Notes: a model not told the origin generated them from the letters alone. Shown: positions 9,514-20,860, counted from the stretch's first letter. The stretch: 64,000 nucleotides of DNA from Clostridia bacterium (GCA_017937135.1 JAGBEE010000042.1:11885-75884), one strand, 5' to 3'. Made by a program: numbers and translations.

Positions 9514-10323
9514 TTGGCGAAGAAAAAAGAGCCGATATATTATAAGGACGAGTATTCAGACGTTGTCCCTGCTCTTTCCAAGGAGCCTATCGTCATTGAC
9601 GAGAATTATAAATATTATCACACCTCGTTTATAAAAAAGCTAACACACTTTTTTTGGCTGAGAATTGTTTTCACACCGATTGCGTTTTTGTATTCAAAAA
9701 TTGCACATCACCACAAAATCGTGAACAAGAAGCTACTAAAAAATTTCAAGCACACAGGCTACTTTATGTATGCTAACCATACTCAAGAAATCGGCGATGC
9801 ATTTATGCCACATTTTTTGAACTTTCCAAAAGAGGACTTTTTTATAATTCACCCTGACAATTTAGCTCTTCCCTTTCTTGGAAGGCTACTTCCTACGCTT
9901 GGCGGTATTCCATTGCCAAGTAACGCTAAGGCGTTTAAAAATTTCAATGATGTTATTGAAAAGCGCATAAGGGAAAGAAAATGCGTTATTGTATATCCCG
10001 AGGCGCACGTTTGGCCATATTACACGGGGATAAGACCCTTTAATGACACATCGTTTGCTTATCCACTTAAATATGATGTACCAACCTTCTGCTTTACTAA
10101 CACTTATCAAAAAAGAAGATTTTCTAAAAAACCGAAAATCGTCACCTATATCGATGGTCCATTCTATGCTAACCCGGATTTAAGTCCTAAGGAGCAAAGA
10201 AGACATCTTCAAGAGCAGGTTTATGAATGTATGTGTGAGCGTAGCAAAAATAGCAGCGTCACCTTCATTGAATATATAAAATCAAATGGCGAAAACGCAC
10301 AAAAGGAGGAAAACGAGCAATAG
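9514..10323 (+). CDS. PlsC-like lysophospholipid acyltransferase
   Basis: NHxxxxxD (NHTQEIGD) and YPEAH motifs; probable TTG start at 9514 after GGAGGTG. Confidence 0.8.
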   Translation: MAKKKEPIYYKDEYSDVVPALSKEPIVIDENYKYYHTSFIKKLTHFFWLRIVFTPIAFLYSKIAHHHKIVNKKLLKNFKHTGYFMYANHTQEIGDAFMPHFLNFPKEDFFIIHPDNLALPFLGRLLPTLGGIPLPSNAKAFKNFNDVIEKRIRERKCVIVYPEAHVWPYYTGIRPFNDTSFAYPLKYDVPTFCFTNTYQKRRFSKKPKIVTYIDGPFYANPDLSPKEQRRHLQEQVYECMCERSKNSSVTFIEYIKSNGENAQKEENEQ

Positions 10324-10477
10324 AACATTTAAAACGCAATAGAATATTATAGCACGACTTAGTGCTTTATGTGGTTTTCCACTTTACATACATAATGGCT
10401 TTTACGGGCACATTATGTCCAGTAGATATATGACATACAACACTTGGTGTTGATATTTTTTGAAAGAGAGATTTATA

Positions 10478-11416
10478 ATGAACCGAAATATTATTCCCGT
10501 ATTTTTTTCATGTGATGATAACTATATGCCCTTCTTATCCGTTGCTATCCGTTCACTTATAGACAACGCATCAAAGGACTATAGATATGAAATTTCAATT
10601 CTTAATTCAGGTCTTAAGGAAGAAAACAAGCAAAGGATTTTGTCAATGCAGGACGAAAATCTTACTATAAAATTTATAGATGTAACAAGCAAGCTTTCAA
10701 GATTTGGCAAGCTTTTACACACAAGAGATTATTATACTATCGCAATTTATTTCCGCCTTTTCATTCCTGCTATGTTTCCAAAGTATAAAAAGGCTATTTA
10801 TCTCGACTCGGATATAGTTGTTCTTGATGATATTTCAAAGCTCTACTTTACCGAGCTTGATAATAATTTATTGGCAGGCGTTAGTGACGATGTTATTGCT
10901 TCTCGTCCTGACTTTATTGATTATGCTGAAAAGGGCGTTGGCATTAAGCACGAGAAGTATTTTAATTCCGGTATGCTTTTGATGAATCTTGACCTTATGA
11001 GAGAAATTGATATTGAGGAAAGATTTGCCGAGCTTTTAAACACATACCACTTCCCTACAGTTTGTCCAGACCAAGACTATCTTAATGTTATTTGTAAGGA
11101 TAGAGTGCTCTATCTTGACAAGGGCTGGAACAAGATGGCAATTAACAATAACTACGAAGGCAAGCCTATGGTTATCCACTTTAACAACTTTGCTAAGCCT
11201 TGGCAGCACGACGACGTTCATTATGGCGAATATTTTTGGGAATACGCCAACAAAACAGAATTTAAGGATATAATAAGAGAAATCAGAGAAAATTTCTCTG
11301 ATGAGGATATGCAAAAGCAAATTGAGGGTGCAGAAAATCTTGTAAAGAGTGTTGATGAAATAATTCACGATGAAAAGAACTTCTGCAATACCCTATTTGA
11401 TGGAGTTGTAGGATAA
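10478..11416 (+). CDS. Glycosyltransferase family 8
   Basis: DDNY, YLDSD, YFNSG, DQD and HF...KPW motifs. Confidence 0.92.
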   Translation: MNRNIIPVFFSCDDNYMPFLSVAIRSLIDNASKDYRYEISILNSGLKEENKQRILSMQDENLTIKFIDVTSKLSRFGKLLHTRDYYTIAIYFRLFIPAMFPKYKKAIYLDSDIVVLDDISKLYFTELDNNLLAGVSDDVIASRPDFIDYAEKGVGIKHEKYFNSGMLLMNLDLMREIDIEERFAELLNTYHFPTVCPDQDYLNVICKDRVLYLDKGWNKMAINNNYEGKPMVIHFNNFAKPWQHDDVHYGEYFWEYANKTEFKDIIREIRENFSDEDMQKQIEGAENLVKSVDEIIHDEKNFCNTLFDGVVG

Positions 11417-11417
11417 T

Positions 11418-12290
11418 ATGGATAACAAAAGCACCACTCTGTCCAAGGACAGATTAGATGTTATAAACAAAATTAAGGAATGCGAAAGGCTTGGACTTTT
11501 TAACGAGGACGTTGAACCAGACCCCCCGTCAAGAATGATAATGCCCAATGAAATTGACTACTTAAGAAAAAGGCCTCTTAGCAAAATTAAATCCTATTTT
11601 GCTTATAGAGGAGCAAAAAAATTTTTAAACAAGCTTGTAAAAAGCAAAAGCTTAATAGTCAAGGAATACAAGGGAGTTGAGCATTTTTCAGGCTTAGATT
11701 GTGGCGCTATTATTACGTGCAACCATTTTAACATTTGTGACTGCTTTGCTATGCATCTTTTGTACGAGCAAACAGGCTTTAAAATGAGAAAGCGTAAAAT
11801 ATATCGTGTAATAAGGGAAGGTAATTACACCTTGTTTGATGGACTTTTCGGACTTCTTATGCGGCACTTTTACACTCTTCCGCTTTCTTCTAATCTTCAA
11901 ACAATGAAGAAATTTAAGGAAAGCATAAAAATACTTTTAGAGCGTAAAAATTTCATTCTTGTTTACCCTGAGCAGTCAATGTGGTTTAACTATCGCAAGC
12001 CAAGACCATTAAAAATTGGCGCATTTATGTTTGCGGCACAAAATAATGCTCCTGTTTTACCCTGCTTTATAACAATGAGGGACACAGAAAACATCGGCGT
12101 TGACGGCGCATACATTCAAGAATATACCATTCACGTAAGAGAGCCAATTTATCCGGACCCAGAAAAAAATGCAAGAGAAAACGCACAATATATGATGGAT
12201 GAAAACTATCGTGTATGGAAGGAAATTTATGAGGAGGAATATGGTATTCCTCTTGTATATGATACCGAAAGCAAGCTCGACCCTCAGTAA
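11418..12290 (+). CDS. PlsC-like lysophospholipid acyltransferase
   Basis: NHFNICD and YPEQSMW motifs. Confidence 0.82.
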   Translation: MDNKSTTLSKDRLDVINKIKECERLGLFNEDVEPDPPSRMIMPNEIDYLRKRPLSKIKSYFAYRGAKKFLNKLVKSKSLIVKEYKGVEHFSGLDCGAIITCNHFNICDCFAMHLLYEQTGFKMRKRKIYRVIREGNYTLFDGLFGLLMRHFYTLPLSSNLQTMKKFKESIKILLERKNFILVYPEQSMWFNYRKPRPLKIGAFMFAAQNNAPVLPCFITMRDTENIGVDGAYIQEYTIHVREPIYPDPEKNARENAQYMMDENYRVWKEIYEEEYGIPLVYDTESKLDPQ

Positions 12291-12312
12291 GGTGCTGAGG
12301 TGTTACCTACGT

Positions 12313-12350
12313 AAAAAGGCTGTTGCAAAATGCAACAGCCTTATTTTTTT
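12313..12350. terminator. Bidirectional terminator
   Basis: AAGGCTGTTGCA-AAA-TGCAACAGCCTT flanked by A/T tracts, between convergent genes. Confidence 0.75.
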
Positions 12351-13143
12351 ATAATATTTCTTTTAATGACCTTATATAAGGATAGGATTTATTCTCAAGC
12401 ATTTTGTAAACAGCCACAAGTCCACAATCAATGCTATCAACATTATGAGTGTCGGAATTTACTACAAATGGCTTTCTTGATTTTGCAATTCTATCAATTA
12501 TATAGTTTTCGGGATATGCCTCTGTGCGATAGCCACGTGAAATAGCACCTGTGTTAATTTCAAAAATGGCAGGAGTTAATAAAAGCTCGCTAAGTGCATC
12601 GCTTACTGCTTTTTTGTATCTATCACAGCTTGTATCAATCATCGGAAGCACTTCATTAAACTTGGTTACAACGTCAAAATGGCCTATTATTTGACATTTT
12701 GTCTTGTTGTAGATATCCTTTACCAGCTTGTAATAGTCCTCACAATATGAATACACGTCGCCATTATACTCATCCTCAACGAATTTCTTCATCTCCTCAG
12801 CACTTGTATCAACGGATAGATATTTTCCGTTTTTATATACATAGTGAACGGAGCCTATTACATAATCATAGCCCTTTGTTGAGGTGGTTGAAAAATAATC
12901 CTGCTCAATGCCTACATAGATTTTTATTTTGTCCTTATATTTTTCTCTTAAGTCAAAAATTGTTTTCTTGTAAAGCTCAATTTCTTCCATTTTCATCGTC
13001 CACGAGCAGTCAAAATCTAACGGAGAGTGTCCAGAAAAGCCTATTTCACTTAGTCCCTTTTCTATCGCAGAGACAACCATTTCCTCGGCTGTATTCTTGC
13101 CGTCGCAAAAGGTTGTATGTGTATGATAATTAGTTATAATCAT
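12349..13143 (-). CDS. hisJ: Histidinol-phosphatase, PHP family
   Basis: HTHT.FCDG, GSVH, GHFD and SDTH PHP motifs; last gene of the his operon. Confidence 0.88.
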   Translation of the reverse strand: MIITNYHTHTTFCDGKNTAEEMVVSAIEKGLSEIGFSGHSPLDFDCSWTMKMEEIELYKKTIFDLREKYKDKIKIYVGIEQDYFSTTSTKGYDYVIGSVHYVYKNGKYLSVDTSAEEMKKFVEDEYNGDVYSYCEDYYKLVKDIYNKTKCQIIGHFDVVTKFNEVLPMIDTSCDRYKKAVSDALSELLLTPAIFEINTGAISRGYRTEAYPENYIIDRIAKSRKPFVVNSDTHNVDSIDCGLVAVYKMLENKSYPYIRSLKEIL

Positions 13144-13790
13144 TTTGTCATTTTTTCCTGCTTAACCTTGTGGTCTATTACGTGGCGAGAAGCAAGCTCC
13201 TTTTGAATATCCTCAACGCTAATGCCCATTTCTACCATCAAAACCATTACGTGATATGCAAGGTCAGCTATTTCGTAAATTGTTTCCTTTTTGTCGTTTG
13301 CCTTGCCTGCGATAATAACCTCAGTGGATTCCTCGCCTACCTTTTTAAGAATTTTGTCAATTCCCTTTTCAAAAAGGTACGTTGTATATGAGCCCTCTGG
13401 CTTATCCTTCTTTCTGCCAACTAAGAGGTCATATAGCCCTTCTATATTAAATTCGTGTCTTTCGTCACTTTTCCATACATCGTTTGTAAAGCAGGTATCT
13501 GTACCTGTATGACAGGCAGGACCGTCTTTTTCTACAACTACGGTCAATGCGTCCATATCACAGTCGGCAGTTATTGAAACAATATGCTGATAGTTGCCAC
13601 TTGTTTCACCCTTTAACCATAGCTCTTTTCTTGAACGGCTATAGAAGCACGTAAGTCCCTTTTCCATTGAAATTTCAAGGCTCTGCTTGTTCATATAAGC
13701 AACGGTTAAAACCTTTTTTGAGAAGGCATCAACTACTACTGCAGGAATTAGTCCATTTTCATCAAATTTAAGCTTTTCTATATCTATCAT
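13140..13790 (-). CDS. hisIE: Bifunctional PR-AMP cyclohydrolase / PR-ATP pyrophosphatase
   Basis: [18 protein letters not shown]; KKVGEE and EIADLAYH. Confidence 0.96.
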   Translation of the reverse strand: MIDIEKLKFDENGLIPAVVVDAFSKKVLTVAYMNKQSLEISMEKGLTCFYSRSRKELWLKGETSGNYQHIVSITADCDMDALTVVVEKDGPACHTGTDTCFTNDVWKSDERHEFNIEGLYDLLVGRKKDKPEGSYTTYLFEKGIDKILKKVGEESTEVIIAGKANDKKETIYEIADLAYHVMVLMVEMGISVEDIQKELASRHVIDHKVKQEKMTK

Positions 13791-13792
13791 AA

Positions 13793-14551
13793 TTATATCC
13801 TCACCTTTATACCATTTTGCGATAGCTCCCTTTTAAGCTCGCTGATTTTTATTTCACCAAAGTGGAAAACTGATGCCGCAAGACCTGCGTCAATATCGGG
13901 AATTTCTTTAAATAAATCAATAAAGTGGCTAACCTTGCCTGCCCCTCCTGATGCAATAACCGGAACCTTTACAACCTCGCACACAAGCTTTAAAAGCTCT
14001 ATGTCAAAGCCATTCTTTACTCCGTCTGTATCTATGGAGTTTACTACTATTTCACCAGCGCCAAGCTCAACGCCCTGCTTTATCCAAGAAATTGCTTCCT
14101 TGCCTGTGTCATATCTGCCACCAGCTGAAAATACTCTAAATTCACCATCTACTCTTTTTATATCAGCAGAAAGCACAACGCATTGTGAGCCATAGCGCTT
14201 AGCTGCCTCATACATAAGATTTGGATTTTTTATTGCGCCTGTATTTACGCTAACCTTGTCTGCGCCACATTTTAAAACTCTGTCAAAGTCCTCTAAGGTA
14301 TTTATACCTCCACCAACGGTAAGCGGAATAAACACATTTTGGGCTACCTTTGTTAAAATGTCGGTAAAGAGCTTTCTTTCCTCGCAGGAGGCTGTTATAT
14401 CATAAAAAACAAGCTCGTCTGCTCCGTTTGCCGAGTAATAGCTCGCAAGCTCGATGGGTGATGAAACATCGTTCAAGCCCTCAAAATTAACACCCTTTAC
14501 TACTCTGCCATTCTTTACATCGAGGCAGGGTATTATTCTTTTTGTTATCAT
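13793..14551 (-). CDS. hisF: Imidazole glycerol phosphate synthase cyclase subunit
   Basis: [30 protein letters not shown]. Confidence 0.97.
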   Translation of the reverse strand: MITKRIIPCLDVKNGRVVKGVNFEGLNDVSSPIELASYYSANGADELVFYDITASCEERKLFTDILTKVAQNVFIPLTVGGGINTLEDFDRVLKCGADKVSVNTGAIKNPNLMYEAAKRYGSQCVVLSADIKRVDGEFRVFSAGGRYDTGKEAISWIKQGVELGAGEIVVNSIDTDGVKNGFDIELLKLVCEVVKVPVIASGGAGKVSHFIDLFKEIPDIDAGLAASVFHFGEIKISELKRELSQNGIKVRI

Positions 14552-15261
14552 TTTGCCACCTCGATAGCTTCCTTTAAATCAATTGCGCCTGTGTAGTACG
14601 CCTTGCCAATAATTGCACCATAGATATTCATTCCTCTTAGAGCCTTTATATCGTCAATCGTTGACACTCCACCAGAGGCAACTATATCAAGTGAGTATTT
14701 CTGACTAAGAGCCTTGTATAATTCAAGGTTAGTACCCTTCATTGCTCCGTCCTTGGAAATATCGGTGCAAATTACTGTTTTTACGCCTAACATCTGCATC
14801 TTTGATAGAAATTCCTCTAATGAATATTGGCTTTTTTCTATCCAACCCTTAATTGCAATATAGCCATCCTTTACGTCTGCGCCTACTGCAATTTTTTCGC
14901 CATACAATGAAAGCGCTTCCTTTAAAAATTCCTCGTTTGTTACTGCGCTTGTGCCAAGAATAACACGATTTGCTCCATTTTCAAGGTATTTTTTAACTGT
15001 TTGAATATCGCGTATTCCTCCACCTATTTCTAAAAACAGGCTTGTTTCCTCAGCGATTTTTTTAACTATTTCTATGTTTGGAGTTGTGCCAAGCCTTGCG
15101 CCCTCTAAATCAACCACGTGAATGTATTTTGCGCCTTGCTTTTCAAAGCTTATAGCCACCTCCCAGGGCTTTTCACTATAAACAGTCATTTGATTATAGT
15201 CACCCTTGAAAAGACGAACTGCCTTTTTGTCATACAAATCTATTGCAGGAAATATCTTCAT
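14548..15261 (-). CDS. hisA: ProFAR isomerase
   Basis: IFPAIDL, HVVDLEGA, GGGIR, TDISKDG. Confidence 0.96.
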   Translation of the reverse strand: MKIFPAIDLYDKKAVRLFKGDYNQMTVYSEKPWEVAISFEKQGAKYIHVVDLEGARLGTTPNIEIVKKIAEETSLFLEIGGGIRDIQTVKKYLENGANRVILGTSAVTNEEFLKEALSLYGEKIAVGADVKDGYIAIKGWIEKSQYSLEEFLSKMQMLGVKTVICTDISKDGAMKGTNLELYKALSQKYSLDIVASGGVSTIDDIKALRGMNIYGAIIGKAYYTGAIDLKEAIEVAK

Positions 15262-15264
15262 TTA

Positions 15265-15876
15265 TTACTCCATTTCGCAAAATGCTCTTAAGATATTAAG
15301 TCCAACCTCTCCACTCTTTTCGGGGTGGAATTGGCAACCCATTACATTGTCCTTGCCTACAATTGCAGGAAGCTCCTTGTCATATTCACAGCTTGCAATA
15401 AGTGACTCCTCACAGTTGCTTGCAAAATATGAGTGAACAAAATAAACAAAGTCACCATTTTTTATATATTTTAAAAGTGGACTTTCCTTTTTGAAAATCA
15501 AAGCATTGTAGCCTATGTGTGGAATTTTAAGCTCACTATTTATTACGCCATTCATTCCTACAACCTCGCCCTTTAAAAGGCCAAGACCTGTGTGCTCTCC
15601 AAACTCATAGCTCTTTTCAAAAAGCATTTGCATTCCAAGACAAATACCCATTATTTTTTTGCCTTTTTTTGCCTCGTCTATTATTACTCTATCAAGTCCT
15701 GTAGCCCTTAACTTTGCTATTGCATCCTCAAAAGCGCCAACACCCGGAAGGATAATTTTGTCGCATTTTCTAATAGTATCCTCATCAGAGGTTACTATTG
15801 CATCTACGCCTATATATTTAAGTGATGATACTACGGAAAAAAGATTTCCTACACCGTAGTCAACTATTGCTATCAT
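15265..15876 (-). CDS. hisH: Imidazole glycerol phosphate synthase glutaminase subunit
   Basis: PGVGAF, GICLGMQ, FVHSY, QFHPEKS. Confidence 0.97.
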   Translation of the reverse strand: MIAIVDYGVGNLFSVVSSLKYIGVDAIVTSDEDTIRKCDKIILPGVGAFEDAIAKLRATGLDRVIIDEAKKGKKIMGICLGMQMLFEKSYEFGEHTGLGLLKGEVVGMNGVINSELKIPHIGYNALIFKKESPLLKYIKNGDFVYFVHSYFASNCEESLIASCEYDKELPAIVGKDNVMGCQFHPEKSGEVGLNILRAFCEME

Positions 15877-16463
15877 TAGATTACTCCTTTTGTTGAAGGA
15901 ACTTCGTCTTTATATTTTTCATCTATTTCGCACGCTTCCTTAAGACATCTTGCAAGTGCCTTGAAGATACCCTCTATTATGTGGTGCGAATTTACTCCTG
16001 CAAGCTCTCTTATGTGCGTTGTAATTCCACTTTCTCTTGCAAAGGCGCACAAAAACTCCTCGCAAAGCTCGGTGTCAAAATCACCAACCTTAGATGCAGG
16101 AATATCAAGCTTAGTATATAAACCACCTCTGCCAGAGATGTCAACTGCACACATAATAAGCGCCTCATCCATTGGCAAAATTACGTCGGCATATCTCTTA
16201 ATGCCCTTCTTTTCTCCAAGCGCATCCTTTATTGCCTTGCCAAGACAAATAGCAATATCCTCTGCTGTGTGGTGGTAATCTACATTTGTATCTCCCTTGC
16301 AAAATACATCAAGGTCAAAGCGAGAATGCTTTGCAAAAAGAGTTAGCATATGGTCAAGGAAGCCACAGCCTGTGTCTATATTTCCCTTGCCTGTACCGTC
16401 AAGGCTCACCAAAAGCTTAATGTCAGTTTCATTCGTTTTTCTTATAATTTCAGCGTTTCTCAT
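15876..16463 (-). CDS. hisB: Imidazoleglycerol-phosphate dehydratase
   Basis: FLDHML, HHTAED, PMDE, NSHHIIE. Confidence 0.97.
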   Translation of the reverse strand: MRNAEIIRKTNETDIKLLVSLDGTGKGNIDTGCGFLDHMLTLFAKHSRFDLDVFCKGDTNVDYHHTAEDIAICLGKAIKDALGEKKGIKRYADVILPMDEALIMCAVDISGRGGLYTKLDIPASKVGDFDTELCEEFLCAFARESGITTHIRELAGVNSHHIIEGIFKALARCLKEACEIDEKYKDEVPSTKGVI

Positions 16464-17524
16464 TTTATTTCCTCCAAAATGGAAATTACTTTTTTAATTA
16501 AGATATCCATTTGCTCCCTTGTGCCAATGGTTATACGGTTGTAGTCCTTTATTTTGTCCTTGGTAAAGTGACGCACCAAAACGCCATTTTCCTTGAGCCT
16601 TTTATAAAGATGCTCCCCTTGTATTTTATCGTGCTTTGCAAAGATAAAATTCGCCTTGGATTCAAGAATATCAAAGCCTATTTTTTTAAGCTCGGCTACT
16701 GTATATTCTCTTGTTTTTATTATTTCCTTACAGTTGTCCATATAGTATTTATTGTCATCTATTGCCACAGCTCCTGCTATTTGGCTAAGACGATTTACGT
16801 TATATGGATTTGTTGAATATTTTATAGTGTTTAAGTCATTTATAAGAGCCTTGTTGCCTATGCCGAAGCCTATTCTGCCTCCTGCCATAGAGCGTGATTT
16901 TGAAAATGTCATCGTAACTAAAAGGTTATCATATTTTTTAGTTAAGCCCACTGCGCTTTGCCCACCGAAATCTATATATGCCTCATCAATTATTACGACA
17001 TTTTCGGGGTTCGATTTTGCGATTTTTTCAATTTCTTCAAGGCTAAGATATATTCCTGTTGGTGCGTTGGGGTTGGCTATTACTATATTTTCATTTATGC
17101 CTATGTAATCGTTTACATCAATTGTGAAATCGTCCTTTAGCGGAATTTCCCTATATTTGACGTTGTTTATTTTAGCAAAAACAGAATAAAAGCCATATGT
17201 TATATCGGGAAAAGCAATCCCTCTATCGCTATCGCAAAATGCCATAAAGGCAAAGTTCAAAACCTCATCCGAGCCATTTGTAACCAATACCTCGCTTTTA
17301 TCTACACCATATAAATCAGCTATTTTCTTGGTTAAAACGGAGCACTCGGGGTCTGAGTATAAATGGAGCCTTTCAGCCTCGCTTTTTACTGCATCGAAAA
17401 CACCCTTGCTTGGCAAATATGGCGATTCGTTAGTATTTAATTTTATATACTTCATATCCTTAGGCTGCTCGCCAGGCGTATATGGAACCAAGGTTGAATA
17501 TTTTTGGCTGAAAAATCTGCTCAT
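16460..17524 (-). CDS. hisC: Histidinol-phosphate aminotransferase
   Basis: KLNTNE, NGSDE, NPNAPTG, DEAY, TFSK. Confidence 0.96.
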   Translation of the reverse strand: MSRFFSQKYSTLVPYTPGEQPKDMKYIKLNTNESPYLPSKGVFDAVKSEAERLHLYSDPECSVLTKKIADLYGVDKSEVLVTNGSDEVLNFAFMAFCDSDRGIAFPDITYGFYSVFAKINNVKYREIPLKDDFTIDVNDYIGINENIVIANPNAPTGIYLSLEEIEKIAKSNPENVVIIDEAYIDFGGQSAVGLTKKYDNLLVTMTFSKSRSMAGGRIGFGIGNKALINDLNTIKYSTNPYNVNRLSQIAGAVAIDDNKYYMDNCKEIIKTREYTVAELKKIGFDILESKANFIFAKHDKIQGEHLYKRLKENGVLVRHFTKDKIKDYNRITIGTREQMDILIKKVISILEEIK

Positions 17525-17539
17525 TTTTACTCCTTGTTT

Positions 17540-18817
17540 TTATTCTTCAAATCTTATTGTTGCGCTCTTTGCGTGTGCGTGTAGGCCTTCCTTATCAGCA
17601 AATTTCGCAATCTTATCATATACCTTATTAAGTGCGTCCTTGGTGTAATAGGTAAACTGTGATTTCTTTACAAAATCGTCAACTGAAAGAGGTGATGAAA
17701 ACCTTGCGCTACCACTTGTCGGAAGGGTGTGGTTTGGTCCTGCAAAGTAGTCTCCAAGCGCCTCGGGACAATACTTACCCATAAATATTGAGCCTGCGTG
17801 CTTGATTTTGTCAAGATAATCAAATGGATTATCTACGCAAATTTCAAGGTGCTCTGGCGCTATTTCGTTTGCTATATCAATAGCTAAAAGCAAATTGTTT
17901 TCTGCTACTATGATTTTACCATTTTTATCTATTGAATATCTTGCAATTTCCTCTCTTGGAAGGAGTGGAATTTGTCTTTCAAGCTCGTCACTTACCTTTT
18001 TTGCAAATTCCATTGTGTCAGTTACTAAAACTGCGCTTGCCATTTTATCGTGCTCAGCCTGTGAAAGAAGGTCTGCTGCAACATATCTTTCATCACAGGT
18101 AGAGTCTGCTACTACTAAAATTTCGCTTGGACCTGCTATCATATCTATTGATACTCTGCCAAACACCTGCTTTTTAGCTTCGGCAACGTATGCGTTACCC
18201 GGTCCTACAATTTTATCGACCATAGGAATTGTTTGGGTTCCATATGCGAGTGCGCCTACTGCCTGTGCTCCACCAACCTTGAATATTCTATCAACGCCTG
18301 CGATTTTAGCGCTTGCCAAAATAGCAGGGTTAACCTTACCGTCCTTTGATGGTGGTGTTACCATTACAATTTCGTTACAGCCAGCAATTTTAGCAGGAAT
18401 ACTATCCATTAAAACAGTTGATGGGTATGCTGCTGTACCACCCGGAACGTAAAGTCCAACCCTTTCAATAGGTGTTACCTTTTGTCCTGTAACTACTCCG
18501 TCCTTTTCGCTTATTATAAAGCTGTTTCTTACCTGCTTTTTGTGGAAGGCTTCAATATTTTCCTTTGCTTCCTTAACTATTTCGATAAATTCCTTATCTA
18601 CAAGCTCGAAAGCCTCATCAATTTCTGCCTTGGTAACCTCTAAGCTGTCAAGCCTTACCTTATCGAATTTTTCTGCATACTCGTAAAGTGCCTTGTCGCC
18701 GTTTTTCTTTACGTTTTCAATAATGCCAGAAACGACCTCTTCAACGCCTGAGGCGATATTGTCACGTGCGAAAATCTCGCTATTTGAAACCTCGCCATAT
18801 TTATAAATCTTAATCAT
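17540..18817 (-). CDS. hisD: Histidinol dehydrogenase
   Basis: YVPGG, GPGN, AGPSE, QAEH, APEHL, GPNHTLPT. Confidence 0.97.
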   Translation of the reverse strand: MIKIYKYGEVSNSEIFARDNIASGVEEVVSGIIENVKKNGDKALYEYAEKFDKVRLDSLEVTKAEIDEAFELVDKEFIEIVKEAKENIEAFHKKQVRNSFIISEKDGVVTGQKVTPIERVGLYVPGGTAAYPSTVLMDSIPAKIAGCNEIVMVTPPSKDGKVNPAILASAKIAGVDRIFKVGGAQAVGALAYGTQTIPMVDKIVGPGNAYVAEAKKQVFGRVSIDMIAGPSEILVVADSTCDERYVAADLLSQAEHDKMASAVLVTDTMEFAKKVSDELERQIPLLPREEIARYSIDKNGKIIVAENNLLLAIDIANEIAPEHLEICVDNPFDYLDKIKHAGSIFMGKYCPEALGDYFAGPNHTLPTSGSARFSSPLSVDDFVKKSQFTYYTKDALNKVYDKIAKFADKEGLHAHAKSATIRFEE

Positions 18818-18818
18818 T

Positions 18819-19439
18819 TTATTTTACCTGTTCTTTTAAAAACGCTGTGATTTTTTCAATTTGCTCTGTTTTAAATTTGAAGCTTGCCTTATTGACAATC
18901 AGTCTTGCTGAAATAGGCACTATTTCTTCCTTTACCTCTAAGTCGTTTTCCTTTAAGGTTGTTCCTGTTTCAACAATATCGACAATTACGTCTGACAAAT
19001 CAAGAATGGGGGCAAGCTCTATTGAGCCATTTAATTTAATTATATCAATGTCACGACATTTGCCTGAATAGTATTTCTTTGCTATATTTGCAAATTTTGT
19101 GGCTACTCTTAGTGTTTTTGTGTTGTCGTCATAAAAGTCCTTCTTTGCGGCAACTGCCATTCTGCATTTACCTATATTCAAGTCAAGAAGCTCATAAACA
19201 TCTGGCATATATTCAAGCAAAATATCCTTGCCACATACGCCAATATCGGCAGCTCCTCTTTCTACGTATATTGATACGTCGGAGGGCTTTACCCAGAAAT
19301 AGCGAACTCCCTTTTCCTCGTTTTCAAAAATGAGCTTTCTGTTATTCTCTAAAATGGAAGGGCATTCATAGCCACAGTCTTGAAACATTTTATATACCTT
19401 TTCGCCAAGGCGACCCTTGGGTAGTGCTACGTTTATCAT
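18819..19439 (-). CDS. hisG: ATP phosphoribosyltransferase, short form
   Basis: ALPKGRL, ATKF, GSIELAP, DIVETGTTL. Confidence 0.96.
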   Translation of the reverse strand: MINVALPKGRLGEKVYKMFQDCGYECPSILENNRKLIFENEEKGVRYFWVKPSDVSIYVERGAADIGVCGKDILLEYMPDVYELLDLNIGKCRMAVAAKKDFYDDNTKTLRVATKFANIAKKYYSGKCRDIDIIKLNGSIELAPILDLSDVIVDIVETGTTLKENDLEVKEEIVPISARLIVNKASFKFKTEQIEKITAFLKEQVK

Positions 19440-20530
19440 TTTGCCTCCATATTTATTAGTTCTTTATATCTTAATTTTTTGGGAATTGATTTTTGCGCGC
19501 TAACGCTCTTTCCCTCGCTTATAAATGTATCAACCGCTTTTTGAACCTTGTTTAAATCGCTTTTGTCTGAATACAAAATAAGCATATCTACATCGTATTC
19601 CTTTTTGTCAAAGCATATTTTTTCTAAGAGATTTGTGTAAATAGCAAAGCCTACTCCGCTTGATGTCTTGCCCATTTTTTCAAGAAGCTTGTCGTATCTG
19701 CCACCAAAAAGCACGCTCTCAAATATGCCCTTTATAAATCCGTTGAATACTATTCCGTTATAGTAATTCATATCGTTTACTATTGAAAAGTCGATACGAA
19801 TATTGTCAAGGTCCTCTGTGCCCTCAAGCATTTTTATAAGCGACTTTAATTCATTTACTGCCAATTCAAGCTCATTATTAGCCTTGAAGCTATCAAGTCT
19901 TTCAAATACTGATTTTGGGCTACCATAAATGCCGACAAAGCTTGAAAGCATTTGCGCCTTTTCATCATCAACGCCATATTTTTGGCATATTGCGCTTATT
20001 TCGTGTGCGCTCTTCTTTTTTATACATTCAGCAATTTCACTCTTAAAATTATCATTTGCGCTTATGCTATTTAAAAGCGCAGACAATATTCCCATATGCG
20101 AAATCTCTAAAACATAGTCGCTTGAAACTGTATTTAAGGTCTTCATTGCAAGACAAAGCGTCTCGTACATATCGTATAGGTCAATATCACCTATACATTC
20201 AAGACCCATTTGCATAATTTCCTCAAATTCTCTTGTGTTTCCGGAAATTCTATATACATTTTCATTATAATATACCTTGTTTTTTATGCCCCTTGCATCG
20301 GATGCATTTTTAATAATTGACAAGGTTACGTCCGGCTTTAATGCAAGAAGCTTGCCATTTGTATCAGTGAAGGTTATTATACCGTCGCCAACTAAAAAAT
20401 CCTTGTTTTTTGCATATAGGTCATATTCCTCAAATTTATTCATCTTGTATGGAAGATAACCATACTTTGAATATAGTGAGCGTAATGCCACTATAATTTT
20501 TTCCTCACTCTTTAGGTATTTCTCTATCAT
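19436..20530 (-). CDS. hisZ: ATP phosphoribosyltransferase regulatory subunit
   Basis: HisRS-like: LKPDVT, YYNGIVF, GGRYD; adjacent to short hisG. Confidence 0.9.
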   Translation of the reverse strand: MIEKYLKSEEKIIVALRSLYSKYGYLPYKMNKFEEYDLYAKNKDFLVGDGIITFTDTNGKLLALKPDVTLSIIKNASDARGIKNKVYYNENVYRISGNTREFEEIMQMGLECIGDIDLYDMYETLCLAMKTLNTVSSDYVLEISHMGILSALLNSISANDNFKSEIAECIKKKSAHEISAICQKYGVDDEKAQMLSSFVGIYGSPKSVFERLDSFKANNELELAVNELKSLIKMLEGTEDLDNIRIDFSIVNDMNYYNGIVFNGFIKGIFESVLFGGRYDKLLEKMGKTSSGVGFAIYTNLLEKICFDKKEYDVDMLILYSDKSDLNKVQKAVDTFISEGKSVSAQKSIPKKLRYKELINMEAK

Positions 20531-20817
20531 TTCTTGCCCTCTAATCTATCAAGTATCATTGAATATCCACCGTTTCCATATTCAAGGCATCTATTAACTC
20601 GGCTAATTGTTGCTGTGCTCATGCCTGTTTCCTTTGTTATATCGGCATAGTTTGCGCCACTTCTTAGCATACTTGCTGCTTTAAGTCTTTGAGCTATTTC
20701 TAAAACCTCTTTTACTGTGCAGGCATCCTCGAAGAATTTATAGCACTCTTCTACTGAATTTAATGATAATATTGCTTCAAACAGCTTATCTACTGCTTCA
20801 TTATGCAATTTGTTCAT
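20527..20817 (-). CDS. yerC: YerC/YecD TrpR-like regulator (probable his operon repressor)
   Basis: ECYKFFEDACT..E...IAQR and STATISRV.RCL.YG motifs; first gene of the his operon. Confidence 0.88.
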   Translation of the reverse strand: MNKLHNEAVDKLFEAILSLNSVEECYKFFEDACTVKEVLEIAQRLKAASMLRSGANYADITKETGMSTATISRVNRCLEYGNGGYSMILDRLEGKK

Positions 20818-20860
20818 TTTATGCTCCTTTTTATCATTGGTAAAAAAATTTATGTTTTAA

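Noticed and set aside
10303-10460. Missing gene after the AAGGAGG at the end of the acyltransferase
   Set aside because: No start codon at a suitable spacing and no sustained ORF.
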